This document shows, in pieces, positions 42,501 to 55,800 of a stretch of 64,000 bases of DNA (positions are counted from its first letter, which is position 1; the number at the start of each line of letters is the position of its first letter). The notes under the pieces were generated by a model that ran no database searches, was not told the origin of the DNA, and worked only from the letters and a program-made list of their open reading frames with translations. A program made the translations under genes and the position numbers. The stretch is from Tubulanus polymorphus (lineage: Eukaryota > Animalia > Nemertea): positions 23,866,345 to 23,930,344 of the forward strand of contig NC_134028.1 of NCBI RefSeq assembly GCF_964204645.1, in the 5' to 3' direction.

Positions 42501-45500
42501 CTTAGGTCATTTATGTAGAGCTCCAAATGATCACGGATGATATTCTATATCTCGATGTTTTCAGGCCATATTTAGAAGCGATTTTCAACGCTCTAGAATG
42601 CACCGAAAATGACTACGAAGCCCTGTTCGCCTTGTGTTTACTTTACGCAATGGGACATAACGAAGGTGAGAGTGATTCGTGGTAAAATATAGCATCGAGT
42701 TAAAACAAATCTTGAAATTTAAAAGAAAAGAGATTAAGTTTCGCTGAAGCCTTCTGTTCGAATTTTCAGTGCTTCGATGTTTAAATTTTTTACGTAAAAA
42801 TTTCCTTCCTCGTGAAAAATATACAGGGCCTGCAGTTGCTCAAAAGTTGGTTTATATGGATAATGGGGGGTGAATAGTATAGAAACAATGAATTTTTAAT
42901 TCAACTTTCGCGCAACTGGCCCCTGAAAGTTTGATATTGAATTCTATATTGTATCGACTGTTGATTATTGTGCGTTTGAGTATAATTTGTTATGTATTAT
43001 TTTATCCTACGTTCTTCTCTTCTGGTTACGGAATTCTGCAGACGGTATTCAAACAACGCTATAATTGTGTATATATTTGTGTGTGTGTGTGGATAGTGTG
43101 GAATTGTATAACGATGCACACGAGTGAAAGTTGTTTATATTTGTTGTGTATTAATGTGTAGAAATGCTGGGTCAGGCTTAATTACCGTATATGCCGAATA
43201 AGTCGTTATAGTTGTGACGATCATTGCTATGTCGAAGACTCGTCCAAGTGATGTACAAGTAGCAGTCAAACACGGAAACAGGAGACGGTAACACGTTGTC
43301 GAGCATTTCCCCGTGTCCTGTGCGTTTACGAGAAACATGGTTTCGGGAAACGATTATTCCGAGATCAAACATGTTTGATTATGTGTTTTCATGTTTCCGT
43401 GCGTTGCGTGCATTTTTAGTAAATTTAATCGGAAATACAAATTGATACTCAAAAATAGAGATGACGCATTTTTGATTCCAAATCAGTTCAATTTTGATAT
43501 TTCGAATCCGGGAGTTAGATTTTGATTAATCCGTTCTGCAACTGGGACCCAGTATTTTAGATTATGAACGTTGTGTAGTTGATATATAGTGATTATGCAC
43601 TGGTTTTAGGCATTAATGGTTCATACTGTTGTATTTACACATGTATTTCAAATGTATTTATTAGATCCAAAAAAAAAGAATTTAAGATTCTCTTCAAATT
43701 GTCCGAATGCATGCTACTACTGTATGCGGTTTCATTTCATAGTATTGTACTGCATGAAAAAAATTCTTTAATCCGATCGCGACGTCACTTTGACAAGTTT
43801 CTTGGATGAATTTATTTCAGGAATCAATCAAGAGTTGTTAGATTCAGTGTTGATGCCGACTGATAAGTCTCAGGTAATCACTGGTATACAGTTATGCCAT
43901 GTTAGTTGCAATGCATTACTTCTATTCCTGTTGGTATTTCATTTGCATAAATATCTCGCATCCAATTCCAGGGTAAAAGCCATTATAATGTATTACTGGT
44001 TGAAAAGCTCATCAAGATTATAAGTTTAAGTTGTCAGAATGGTATGTAATAAATAAACGCCATATTGGATGTTATTATGAACTAACTCAGTGTGTCAGCT
44101 TGCAGCTGTATTATTATAAAGCAACGTGGCAGAATAAAGTTTAAAATTGATGTCATGATTTACAGCTTAAACTGCATCTGCCAGTGGCCTAGAAATGGCA
44201 TGATATCCATGTTTTATTATGGAAAAAGCATCTATTAAACATATGCCTCATAGAAGAGATCGATATTTCGAATACCTTGAAGTTCTTATCCAGTCTTAGC
44301 AATTATAACTTATTTCGTTGTTTTCAGGCAGTAAAGTTCGTTTGGCCACGCTGGAAATGAGCATTCTCCTGCTGAAACAGTTAGTGCATAAGAAAGGCAT
44401 TACGTTTCTACAAGATCGACACCTGGCGTGTATAGAGGGCGCTAAAGAGGAGAGCGTCTTATTACTTCGAAATTTCTACAAGGTGAATAAGAAGAGAGAT
44501 GATCTATTTTATGTCGTAATCTGATTGCAGAAATCCAGTAACCATAACCCTTTCACTACCACCAGTTTTCCACCCGATATTCCTGCTGAGAACTTGGAAA
44601 ATTTTTGAGTATTCCACCATAGTGCAGACGTACTGTTACAATATCTCAACCCCACACTGCGGTATCTTTAGTTACTAATGTTTCACAGCGTTTGGTAGAT
44701 TAAATATAGTGTTCTGGGTGAACTGTACACTGTACATAGCGGGGTACAGGAGGTTGAATTATTGCTCTATTGAAATTGGGTCTTCTATTATTGTTAAATA
44801 ATTGAATTTCTGTAATTTCGCTCGATACTTTTCTTCAGAGCGAAGAAATATTTCTGGATATGTTCGAAGATGAATGTCGTGATATGCAGCTACGGCCGTT
44901 GAATGTGGAATATCTAACGATGGATGCGTCGATATTACTACCACCGACCGGGACGCCTTTAACCGGCATCGATTTCAATAAACGTCTGCCATGTGGCGAA
45001 GTCGAGCGAGCCAGACGAGTGAGTAATTATTGCGTCTCTAGTTACTAGATCTAAAGCAAAACTATCTTCCAACTTGCAAATTACGCTTAGGTCTTTTACC
45101 TTGTGTCTATTCTGTAGATATTAAATCTAAACACATTTGCTACCAGTATGAGATATCTCACAGTTCATGGGCCAGTTTCTCAAAATTTAGTTAAAGATAA
45201 CTGCTGGATATAAATACCATCGTTACTACTATGAACTTATAATTGTCACTATATCAACTATCCACAGTTAAACTCTTACCAACTTTTGAGCAACTGCAGC
45301 CCCTGGTTCTGGTATCATCGCCACAAAAATTAACTTGTATCTGATCCTTCTTATTCGCTGTTTGATATTTGCACCAGGGGCGGACCCAGAGGCTAATTTG
45401 GAAGGACTTGTCACAACTCAAAAGGGCCCTTGATGTCCAAAAAGGCAATATGAGGTTCACTCCCGCATTGTAATGCGCCGATTACCTTTATTGACAAAAT

Positions 45501-48500
45501 GAGAAAAGGGCAATCAAAAATATCTCACAAGTCCCCCCGCGAATCCGACCATTACACTTCAGCACATCGGAATCACACAGTTCCCTGATTGGCTGGCAGT
45601 GTGAACAAACTGTGTTTCTCTTTTCCATACCTCATATCGCTGCCTTTGAGTCTGAAATTGGTTAGACTTTCTGACCAATTTTATGGTCGGCAGTTGGTGA
45701 GACTTTTCTGCTCAGCTCATCGTGTTATTCGTCGGCAACTCTGTTCTATTCTATTTCAGGCAATTCGTGTGTTTCTATATTTACGCGGTATTTCATTCGC
45801 TTTACAACAAGAGAACGACATCGAACTACCTCTCACGAAACAGGACGAATGTATCAAAAATGGTGAAGTTCTTGATCTCAGTAAGTCATCTTTAAGTCTT
45901 ATGAAATGTATATTGTGCACCGTGTACATGTACAGTAAAAAGTATACTCTGTTATCGATATATTTACAGATAACAGTGACCTTATTGCTTGTACCGTACT
46001 AACAAGAGATAAGTAAGTTGATTTTTGTTTCAATGCTTCATTGGAAATACTCTCGCATTTCGTATGGACATTTATACCCTAATTCATATTTGAAAAAATC
46101 TTTTAAGTAAAACGTAGAAGTGTACAAGAACAAACTTTCTAGAAATTGCCCATAGTTTCTATATCACTCTTTGTTCAACTAGAATCAATCCGACGATACA
46201 ATTTTCATTTGTCCCCCCTTTTATTTGGGTAGAAATTACCATGTTTTCTCTCCACATCTACGGCTTCGATTCAATGTTGTTATAGTATCGATATTATTAT
46301 TATTATTATTATTATTGATGATGATTGTGATTTGTAGAATATTCGCTGGGAGTAACCAGGGAAGTGGTACTCCCACTAAACGTCGTGTACAGATGTAAGT
46401 CCAGTGATGCGTGCGTGCATGGGTGTCTTGACACGTCCGTGCTGCAATTCACACAGCTTTTCGTGTTCCTTTCTCATTTTCCCGACTTAAAAATCCCTCG
46501 ATTACAGCTTCCCATTTCGACCTATTAGATCAAGAATATTTCTGCACTTACAGTGAAATAATCGCGTAAATTATTCTGAATAATTTTCTCTACGAATTTT
46601 AAAACCAGCGCAATGATTACTCTAAGTACGAATCATAGTGGAAAGAATTTCAGAATTGATTTTCCCGATGATCGGGTATGGGAGAAAAAATACCTTTTAG
46701 CCCAATCAGTAGATGTTAGATTAGTTGTAGTGTAGTACGGCTGTTTTAGTGGTTTCAATGTATTCAGTTTATTTCGACGCCTCGTTGCTTCGCGAGTCAT
46801 CGAAGCATCGTCTTATTTCCATTTACGTAGCTTACCGTACATATATCACACGTTGCATTCGGATGTTTTGAAATATCGTTTTTCGAAATGTCGAATGAAT
46901 GAGTTGTTCGAATGTTTTTCAGTAAACGCGAAAGAAGATTTCTAGTCATCGACGTGCTTCAGTTGATACTAGTTGAACCGGATAATAAGCGACTAGGCTG
47001 GGGAGTCGTCAAATTCGTCGGTTTTTTACAAGTAAGAAAACTTTTTGCCACTGTCAACTTCTCTTTATCTTACTATGTATATCACTATGTGGTATTGACT
47101 CTGTCAGCATTCAAAGGACACTAATGGCATTTCTGTTCAAGTCATCACCTGTTTCTCTGGAGGGGTCTTTGATAAAAGTTCTGCTTACATGGCGCTAAAC
47201 AAATTCATATCTTATCCTTTATCAAAAGTATTTTACTGTGATAGTTTTTAACCTTTGAGCTACGTACATTACTTCGCTCAGGACCCGGCCAGGTTCCCAT
47301 ATGTTCCTGGGCGGAGAGAGGGAAGTGGCATCTTCAGTTTAGTTGTCGGCCTGCGACCTCATAACTTCAAACACTCACATTATCACTCTCATAGATGAAT
47401 ATTTCGAAGGGTATAAGAATAAACCCTTTAATGTATTCTCCGTTTCTGTGTAGGATGTGGAAGTTTCCGGCGATAAAGAGGACAGTCGATCTCTGCACGT
47501 AACGATTCATAAACCGGCTAGTTCGATCCACGCGAGACCGATTCCGCTTCTCGCCGCCAGATTCGTATTCGACGATCACATTCGATGCATGGCCGCGAAA
47601 CAACGTCTGACGAAAGGTCGACTGAAAGCGCGACAGAAGAAAATGAACCAGATCGCGCGTTTGTTAGAGATGCCTACGCACCTGATGGATTCGATGTATA
47701 GCGGGGCGTACGGTGGCAGCACTAGTAGCGTATTCTCTACCGGATCAGCTTCACAGATCACAGCTATACCAGGTACGTTTTACTAACCAACATAAGACTC
47801 CTCCTCTGAAACTCACTACTGATTATAACAGCGAAGCGCTCGATGTTTCGGGTCAATATTTGCTCAAGAATCTTTTGCAAGGGAACTCGCTATGTGATGA
47901 TCATGTAAAATCCACCACTAAGAAAAAAGGTCTGCTTGAGGTTCTCAAAGATGGCTATTAAGATATCGAAGAAACGTTGAAATAAATCATAAAACCTTTT
48001 CTTTATAATTGTGGGATATTATATCATCGTTACAACACAATGTTTCATCAATCGTTATCTGGATGCTAAACCTTACTGAGTAACATGGAGTCTATACTAT
48101 GCGTAGATTTTAGGACCTCATATTGGATATTTTTTCTTAAATCTAAATTTCCTGATAAACGTATTGATGGCCAGTGTTTTTTGCCTAGATGGGCAATAAC
48201 TTAGCTATCAAACTTCTGAAGCTTTATGTTCACACAATCGCCAAGTGCAAAATTAGTCTATCTTTTCGTGCACTTTCATAGCACCAGTCACTCAGAAGAA
48301 ATTATTATTAGGTGTACACAATCCTAGATATCAGCGGTAATCCTTAATGGTTTGCCATCCCTAATCGCTACAATGGAAGTGAAATGAATCAGTTTTCCTG
48401 AAACTATTCTGAACTTATTTCTAATCTTAAACGCCGACAATAGGAAAGAAAATTCACATACAAGGTATACGTTGTGTATTTCATGTAATGATTATAAATC

Positions 48501-50515
48501 ACTGCCTCCACAGCATTCCTCATTCTTTCAGCCTACAAAATACCTGTTGGTCGTGGATCTTATTTATGTTATTATTCATTTATATTATTTATTTGCTGCT
48601 ATATGTAACTTTATTTTCTCAGCATGTACTGTCTTGTATCTCCGTATGATACCTGTGTATTAAAATATAACCTTCGAGCGACTGATTCTAAAAAAGCTCC
48701 TTCCTTTCTGCGCAAAATGTGGTGAAATATTGCTTGTAATTGAAAGTTTTTTTGTTCTGCATCGCAGGAATAGCCGTCAAACAACAGAAATCATCAACTT
48801 CTCAATAAATATTATCCCTCCTTCACTGTTCATTGTAAGTTCATCAATCTATAACAGACTTCGGCATGGATCCAGTAATCTGCACCATCTATACACATTC
48901 AGCTAGCTCAGAGTCACTTTCACACACACATAGTTTTATACAGACCAAGGCATTTCAATTCAAGAAAACAGCATTGCTCCGAGTCTATGCGGTTCAACGT
49001 AGTGTTTCTGAGCTAGCTTTCGCTACATCAATCATAATCTTGGTTTGCACTCATAATCCAGTTTTGTATCACATGGCGGCATCAGCAAAAATTACCTCAA
49101 ATGTATATACGTGGATCCAACGAGAAGAACTTATGTTGTGCAATCATTCTATGATGGAAAATGATCTATAGTACCAGTAGATTCTTATTTCCAAAACCCT
49201 TAAACATTTTACCCGTATTTTATGACATTCTGTACCCGTTTTGATCTCAATATTTTCTACCTTCTGATTCTTTTAAACTTTTGTTTTGTTTTGCTTGAAC
49301 TTTTTATCCTTCCCGAACTCAATGTCTGTCGATCTGTTTGCGTTTTGTCCTGCCGTGAACTCTGTTTCTGCTGGAAATGTTTAACAAATTTGGCTGCAAA
49401 TTTCACAGTATTTTCCGTTTTGACTCTTAGGTCGCAGTCAACCGATATCGACGAGTCATCCGGGCGGAGCTCGACCGAAACAGCGTACCTCGTCGAACTC
49501 CTCGTCTCGATCTCACAGTAAAACGAAACCGACCCCGATTTCCGACGCGAGTCGAGCATTGAACGATCTTTCGCCGGATATAGAAATCGCGCAGGAAGCG
49601 ACGTCCCCGTCGGCCTTCGCGTTTCACAGTTTAAACTCACACGTCGTAGAAACGAAGGGTCACACGAGAACCGGTTCGAACGGCAACGTGCCCGACGCGT
49701 CGCAGGAAATACCGATGGAAGATCTGTCGAAAAAATCCAAAGAGAAATCGTCGCTGCATTCGGATTTGAAAAAGCTTCGTCAGCGACGGGACAGCGGTCC
49801 GAACGTCGAGATGGGTCGCAGTCGTAAAGTGACTCCGCCCGCGGGCGCGCCGGCCGCATTGAAGAAACGAAGCAGTTCGTATAGCCCGCGTCGAGGAGGC
49901 GTCGCCGCGACGACCGGTAATAAGTCGGGCAGCAGTCAGAATCTGTCGAACGTCGCGCGACGTGGAAGCGGGTCGGCGGGGATTCAGGATACGAGTTTAT
50001 CGACTCCGGAGATCGTGAAGAAACGAGAGAGAAGCGCTTCGAGTCCTGTCGCCGTGAGTAAATCGACGTCTGCTAAGAGCGAAATCAAGAAATCAATACG
50101 CGGCGCGTCGAAACAACCAAAAACTTTAACCCCGGTCCCGACCGTTTCGCTCGTGCCCGATTCCGAAAAACATCTACCGCAACCGAGCTCCGATTCGCCG
50201 AAACTACTGCCTCCGAGCGACGCCGCAGCGGTCGTCCTAAAATTAGAATCGTCGAGTGAATCCGAAAGTTCGTCTGCTGCGAAACCTCCCGAATCAACAA
50301 AAGACAATGCGCGTGCTACACCGACGCCCTCTACCGGCGGTGAGAAGGCACCGGTTGGTTCCGCGGCCGTCGAGCAGTTGACGAAATTAGCTCAAATCGT
50401 GCACAAACATTACAACTTCGGAAAGGACGACGATGGAAACAACTCAACGGCTGAAAGCTCCTCAGCGCCCGATCATCGCGAAGCAGCGCAAGAATCCGAC
50501 GATAATCGAATATGA
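33572..50515 (+). CDS. CLEC16A: CLEC16A / TT9 / ema homolog (FPL domain, endolysosomal and autophagy regulator), about 21 core exons plus candidate cassette exons
   Basis: Exon 1 from 33572 ([26 protein letters not shown]); [17 protein letters not shown] (34117-34245), [115 protein letters not shown]. The last exon (about 49431-50515) encodes a Ser/Pro-rich disordered tail. Confidence 0.96.
39777..39941. mobile_element. PIF/Harbinger-type MITE with perfect 27-bp TIRs
   Basis: gggatcattcatttattacgtacgcat ... atgcgtacgtaataaatgaatgatccc, 3-bp ttt flanks and internal ggggagggg motifs. Confidence 0.85.
45168..45302. mobile_element. Harbinger-like MITE family (GGGGCCAGTTGCTCAAAAGTT TIRs); other copies about 38040-38150, 42826-42922, 54148-54264, 61487-61610
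   Basis: Shared TIRs, CWG-like flanks and shared internal aattgtcactat..caactatc sequence. Confidence 0.8.
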
Positions 50516-50559
50516 AAGTTTTACGAAGTTTAAAACAATACAAAAAACGTTGAAATTGT

Positions 50560-50872
50560 GCATCCTCCGTCGGCAGGGATTCGAACCCGATGACATTGAG
50601 ACTTGCCATGGCACGAAACCCAAGGTTACCTACATACGCAGCTCAGATGATGTCATTATTAGCCTATCAGAAATCCTGTTGTATTTTAGCCTGGGTTTTT
50701 CCAGTTTTAGGCTATCTGAGGAATTTGCCTCAGCATTTATACTACGGGCAATCTGATTGGTGCCGCAGTTTTCCTACGGTCAACCCGCGCACCCAGGCTA
50801 GTGTTGCAGGGTTTTGTATTGTGGCTGAGTTCAGCGATGCTTTCAGGTTCGAATCCCTGTCAGGATAGGATG
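50560..50872. repeat. Two oppositely oriented tRNA-derived SINE-like fragments in the CLEC16A 3' UTR (related fragment at about 5760-5830)
   Basis: Pol III B-box GGTTCGAATCCC at about 50575-50588 (-) and about 50847-50858 (+), with mutually similar flanks and no complete cloverleaf. Confidence 0.45.
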
Positions 50873-52828
50873 AAAATAGTGATATTAAAACTGTTCAGAA
50901 TCGGTCTCTTTTTCATCGATCATCAGATCGATGTATTGTATATAGATTCTCCGCCTTGTGTCGAACTAGTCTCCTCCGAGGTCATAATCTACCGAGCTTC
51001 GAACATCAATTCTCGAAGCATTTTCAGTGTAGAAATGATGATTCCTGTTTTTCTAGAACTGTACATATCTGCTGATCTACAAGAGCTGATCTTCATTTCA
51101 GCTTTTTGGGGCTCATAGCACGTTTTTAACCGGATATTTCGTGTACGAAAGGTTTGGATTGAAAATAATGTTTACTTTGAAAGTATCTTAAAATATTGCG
51201 GGACCACAATATCAATTCGATGGTATACTGTATTTCATTTCTTGCTCGCTGCATAGACGTTGTTGTACTAAGATGTTGCGGGCACAGCTCAGGCCAGTAT
51301 CGCTTCTGATATTTCTGTAAATTTGTTGAAAGTTGATATATTTTTATTATGTGTCTGTATCGTAGGGAATATGTATATCACATGTACGTGTATGCTAATA
51401 ATACTTTACTACTTCGGTAGATTTGTTGCCAATGCATTTCATATGTTTACTTTGTTGCCAGCCATGGAAATATACCTCAATGGGAAGTTTTGGTACTATG
51501 CTTTGTTACATGGCAACTTGAAAGTTATGGGACCTCACAGACCGGAACTTTATCATGATGATTTAGGTTTATTGGTATAAGAGCTTTTCCGTCAGTAATA
51601 TACAATGTGTATGGAAATCGTTTATTTATTTCGCTTAACCAAGATTTTTCAAATTTGAGATTTTTTTGTAGTTCGTGATTGATCACAATTCGGTATCTTT
51701 ATGCCAAACCATTTTTGATAGGTCTAGCTATTGGGTATATGATTGGGACTACAAAAAAAAATAACTTTCAAATATTTCTAGTCACTGTTTGTAGATATCC
51801 ATTTTTTAGAGCAAACTATGATATATTGCACCATCTTCAATCAAATTGTAAAAGCACAAATTCATATATTTGTTTTATCAGGAATTCGGTTGAAATCTAA
51901 CATCACGATGAATGTAATATTACTCGTCATCCTTTTAGAAAATTCATTTCCAGGTTTGTTTTTCAAGAAATGTATTTTAACGCAATTTCCCGAAAAAAGG
52001 CTGGTTTTATAGACCAACTGAGTTCAGGCTAAAAATGATCGGTAAAACTGGCACTGGCGGTTGATTTCGAATTTGGAGTTGAGAAGGATGAAAGCAATAC
52101 GGTAATCAATTTCTTTGGCAGTTTGCATAAAATATCAAATAATGAAGTTATATTATTTGTGCACCCAAATGCTTGAATTTGCGAGATACAGCCACAGTAG
52201 GTCAAGACAGCTCCTAAATTTGCTCACTTTTAACTGGTATATTTTATCCAATCATAATAAGGCATTGTTACATAAATTATTTATATCGTGGGATACAAGT
52301 TACATGTGTATAAACTTAGAAATAAAGGAAATTGTTGATTTATATTAAAATCAATTTCATGATTCGATTTTTCTTTTTGATCGTTATTATAATTAGTGAA
52401 TTAAATTCTTAATCAAATGGAGTTTGCTGCAAAACCTGCTTCAGTGGAGCGCCTTGTTTGAATGTTCAGCACATAGCTCACTTAAGTTAATGGCTCAATT
52501 TCTTAATGTTCAAATTTGTCAGTAACACTATATCCATTGGCCTGAAATTCCGTAACCGATCACTACATTCAGATTATCATCCAAATATCCACCAGAAGGG
52601 AACAGAGGAAACCATTGGAGAGGAACGGAGGAAACCATTGGACTGGAAAGGAGGAAACCATCGCAGGGGAACAATCTAATATCAGAAAGGAGGATCGATC
52701 CAATAGGTCAACATTTCAACAAATTTAGACACAACCACAGTTATAGTAAGTAATCATACGTTAACATTTTAATGGCACTTGATTAGTATAATCATCATTG
52801 ATCGCAATAAAGGTTCTGTCATACATGA

Positions 52829-55800
52829 TCACAAATTCAATTCAGCGATTCCTTCGAACCCGTGCGCGTAAGAAGTCAAAGCTGGCTTCACGTCTTCTTC
52901 CAGGAATTTCGTAACCTTAAAAATAAAAGGCAAAATTTGTTGAATTGATGATTTCCAACTAACTACTACGGTATCCAGTTTTTTTGCGGCGAATTACCTG
53001 CTGTGGACATCGGCCGATGAATCCTTTAGGGTTCACGATCTCGTCCAACTGATCGTGCACCGGTCGAAAGTAATGAGAAGCTCTGATCAATTCTATCAAA
53101 TTATTTTCTCCACCTTGTTCTTTGACTATCGCGGCCGCTTGCTGAGACAACTTTCGAATTTCTTCGTGACAAACCTTTTGAAACGAATACGCATAATGAT
53201 TTGAGACGCATATGACAAAATCAGACACGATAAGGAAAAGTGAAGAATTAGAACAATTTCTAGAGGGACAGAGCGGAAAATTATATCTCACACAGAATGG
53301 ATTTTCTACAGCATCAAAACCACCATTAGGGACAGTTTAGGCATTTTCAGGGACTGTCCCTGACAATCAGGAAAATGTACATCAAAGACCCAAAATATTG
53401 AAATGATTTCACACTTACCTGTCGGTTTCCACCGGCCTTCACAACAGCCATCAGAATATTTTCGGTTGCCATGAACGGTAATTCTTGGCGTATGTGTTTC
53501 TCAATGACTTTTGGATACACGACGAGTCCTTCGGAAATATTCTGTAGAGTATTCAACACGATATCAGCCGTTAAATAAGCCTCTGCTATACATATACGCC
53601 TGTGAAAAAAAATCAACAACAGATTCAAAAAGTTGATGAAAACTGCACTAGCTCAAAACTGTGGAACCGGGTCTAAGGTTCTTACAGGTCAGGGAATCGA
53701 ATATACCGATATTTCCTTGACCCTTGAACAAAAATTCCCCAATTGGATAATAAGATATCATCTATCATATCATCAAGTAGGGTTGTTTCTTTTCAAGAGT
53801 TTCTTTGCACCACACAAAAGATTGCTCCCACGTCAAATCTGGAATTCTCTGATATCCTTGATCTGTAAGAACTATGTACGATGCTTATAGTGATTTACCT
53901 GTTAGCGCTGTCATCTAACGTGCGTTCCATCCACTGAACTGAAGCAGTCATCAGAGGATCTTGAATCAAACACATTAAATGTCTCGCTAAAGAGCAGCAA
54001 CGTTCACTTCTCATCGGATTGCGTTTATACGGCATAGCACTCGAACCTAAAATCAGAATCAAACAGACATTCATGAATTACAGCTCCATGTTCCACTCAG
54101 AGAACTAACAGAAAATTAAATCTCATATTATTCAACAAACTTTCTTCAGGGGCTGCAGTTGCTCAAAAGTTTGTTAAAGATAACCGGCGGATAAATACCA
54201 CAGCAACAATGAACTTTTAAATGTCACTATGTCAACTATCCACTAACTTTTGAGCAACTGACCCCTAAAGTTTGTAATCGGAAATAGAACACTTTACCAA
54301 TTTGATCTTTTTCAAATGGTTCTTCAATTTCTTTCATACTCGCCAATAATCTTATATCCGAACAAATCTGCCAAAAATAAATCCATCATCAATCAATGAC
54401 AGAGTGCATAAGATAATAATCCAATCCAAGTTTAGGATAACAAACCTTGTGAATAGTAGCACCAAGATTTGATAGCACCATTAAACATTCTACATCTACT
54501 TTCCGTGAGTACGTCTGTCCAGTTACTGGATACGTTCTACAAAACGGCGAAAACGAAATGAACTAAAATCTGTAAACGTTGGTTTACATTTCAGTAGAAT
54601 AGATGAATGAACTCACTTTTTAAACCCTGCCATTTCTGCTACAAGTTTATCCAGCGTTTCAACCTAGAAATTAACGAAACCATATTTAACGAGTAACAAT
54701 TGACTCCACTCTGTATACCCTGGATTGCCTCAGATTATTGTGTGCCCCGGAAAGTATATTACAAATTTCTTACCCCAATTCACTATGATAACAACCTGTC
54801 CCTGCTCCGAGTGCCCGGGAATTCGAATTCCTCTGAGAGATTTTATTGTCCCCCTAGATGTTAGACGAACAGAGTCTACGGTAGTAAGAATCAAGAATTT
54901 TGATTACCTTTTCATGATTGCCCTCAAACAGCGCCAGGAAGCTCGCCTGCGTACCCGTCGTACCTTTTGCTCCACGGAATTTTATATTTTCCAGCGCATG
55001 TTCGATATTATGTAAGTCCATGAGCAGATCATGTATCCATAAACTAGTTCGTTTTCCCACCGTTGTTAATTGTGCTGGCCTACAAACAACAATGTGGCAA
55101 TAATTATAAACAAGCAATAGGCGACAACAGGCTCAGGCTCAAACTCCGAAATTACCACGCATTATTTCCCATGCATTTTGGAAATGTTTTATCTAGGGCC
55201 GATAGCTTAGTTTTTGTCAACTTTTTGAATTTCGACCCTGTTCTTCTTGAATTATGAGGTCATGTTGCTGACAGTGCCTAGTTCTGACGCCAGGGGGCGC
55301 ACTAGGCCCATTCTTTGTACTCCACAACTAAACCCCCTTACTAACATTGTACCCAAGTTTCATAAAGATCGACCCCCTATTTATGAAGCTACGTCATTAA
55401 AAGACAGAGAGACAATACGAGAATAAGGGTCACATGGAAGCCCGAAAACCAATAATACATGTGTATGACTGATTGAATGATTTGTCCGAAAAATATTATT
55501 CAGATGAGATACTTTTTCAATATTGTTGCCTTTGTTATTTCATTTCAGGTTTTTTTGTTCACTTTGACCCAGTTTTTTTGTTGTTTCTTTCAGAAAACAG
55601 GAATTCAAGCAAAACACCATTGATCAATAGCAACTCAATACTTACTGCATATGGGTGAACCCTAGCGTGGGTAAATCTTTGTGTTTTTCAGCGAACAGCG
55701 ATAATCTTTGAATAACTCGCGCTAACTACAAAACAAAAACACATCAGTGAGGAGGGTACAGCAGGGATTTTGTATGAAACACGTTTGAACGACGTAACTT

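Noticed and set aside
49257-50609. Long minus-strand ORFs, and ORF 49559-50515 as a separate gene
   Set aside because: The minus ORFs are antisense shadows of a GC-rich exon. The plus ORF is in frame with the acceptor at about 49430 and is the last CLEC16A exon.
50560-50872. tRNA genes at GGTTCGAATCC motifs (also about 5780, 12657, 58800)
   Set aside because: Only B-box-like motifs are present; I could not build acceptor or anticodon stems, so SINE remnants are more likely.
50590-52348. Cluster of short hydrophobic ORFs downstream of CLEC16A
   Set aside because: AT-rich 3' UTR-like sequence ending at AATAAA near 52321; no splice structure or motifs.
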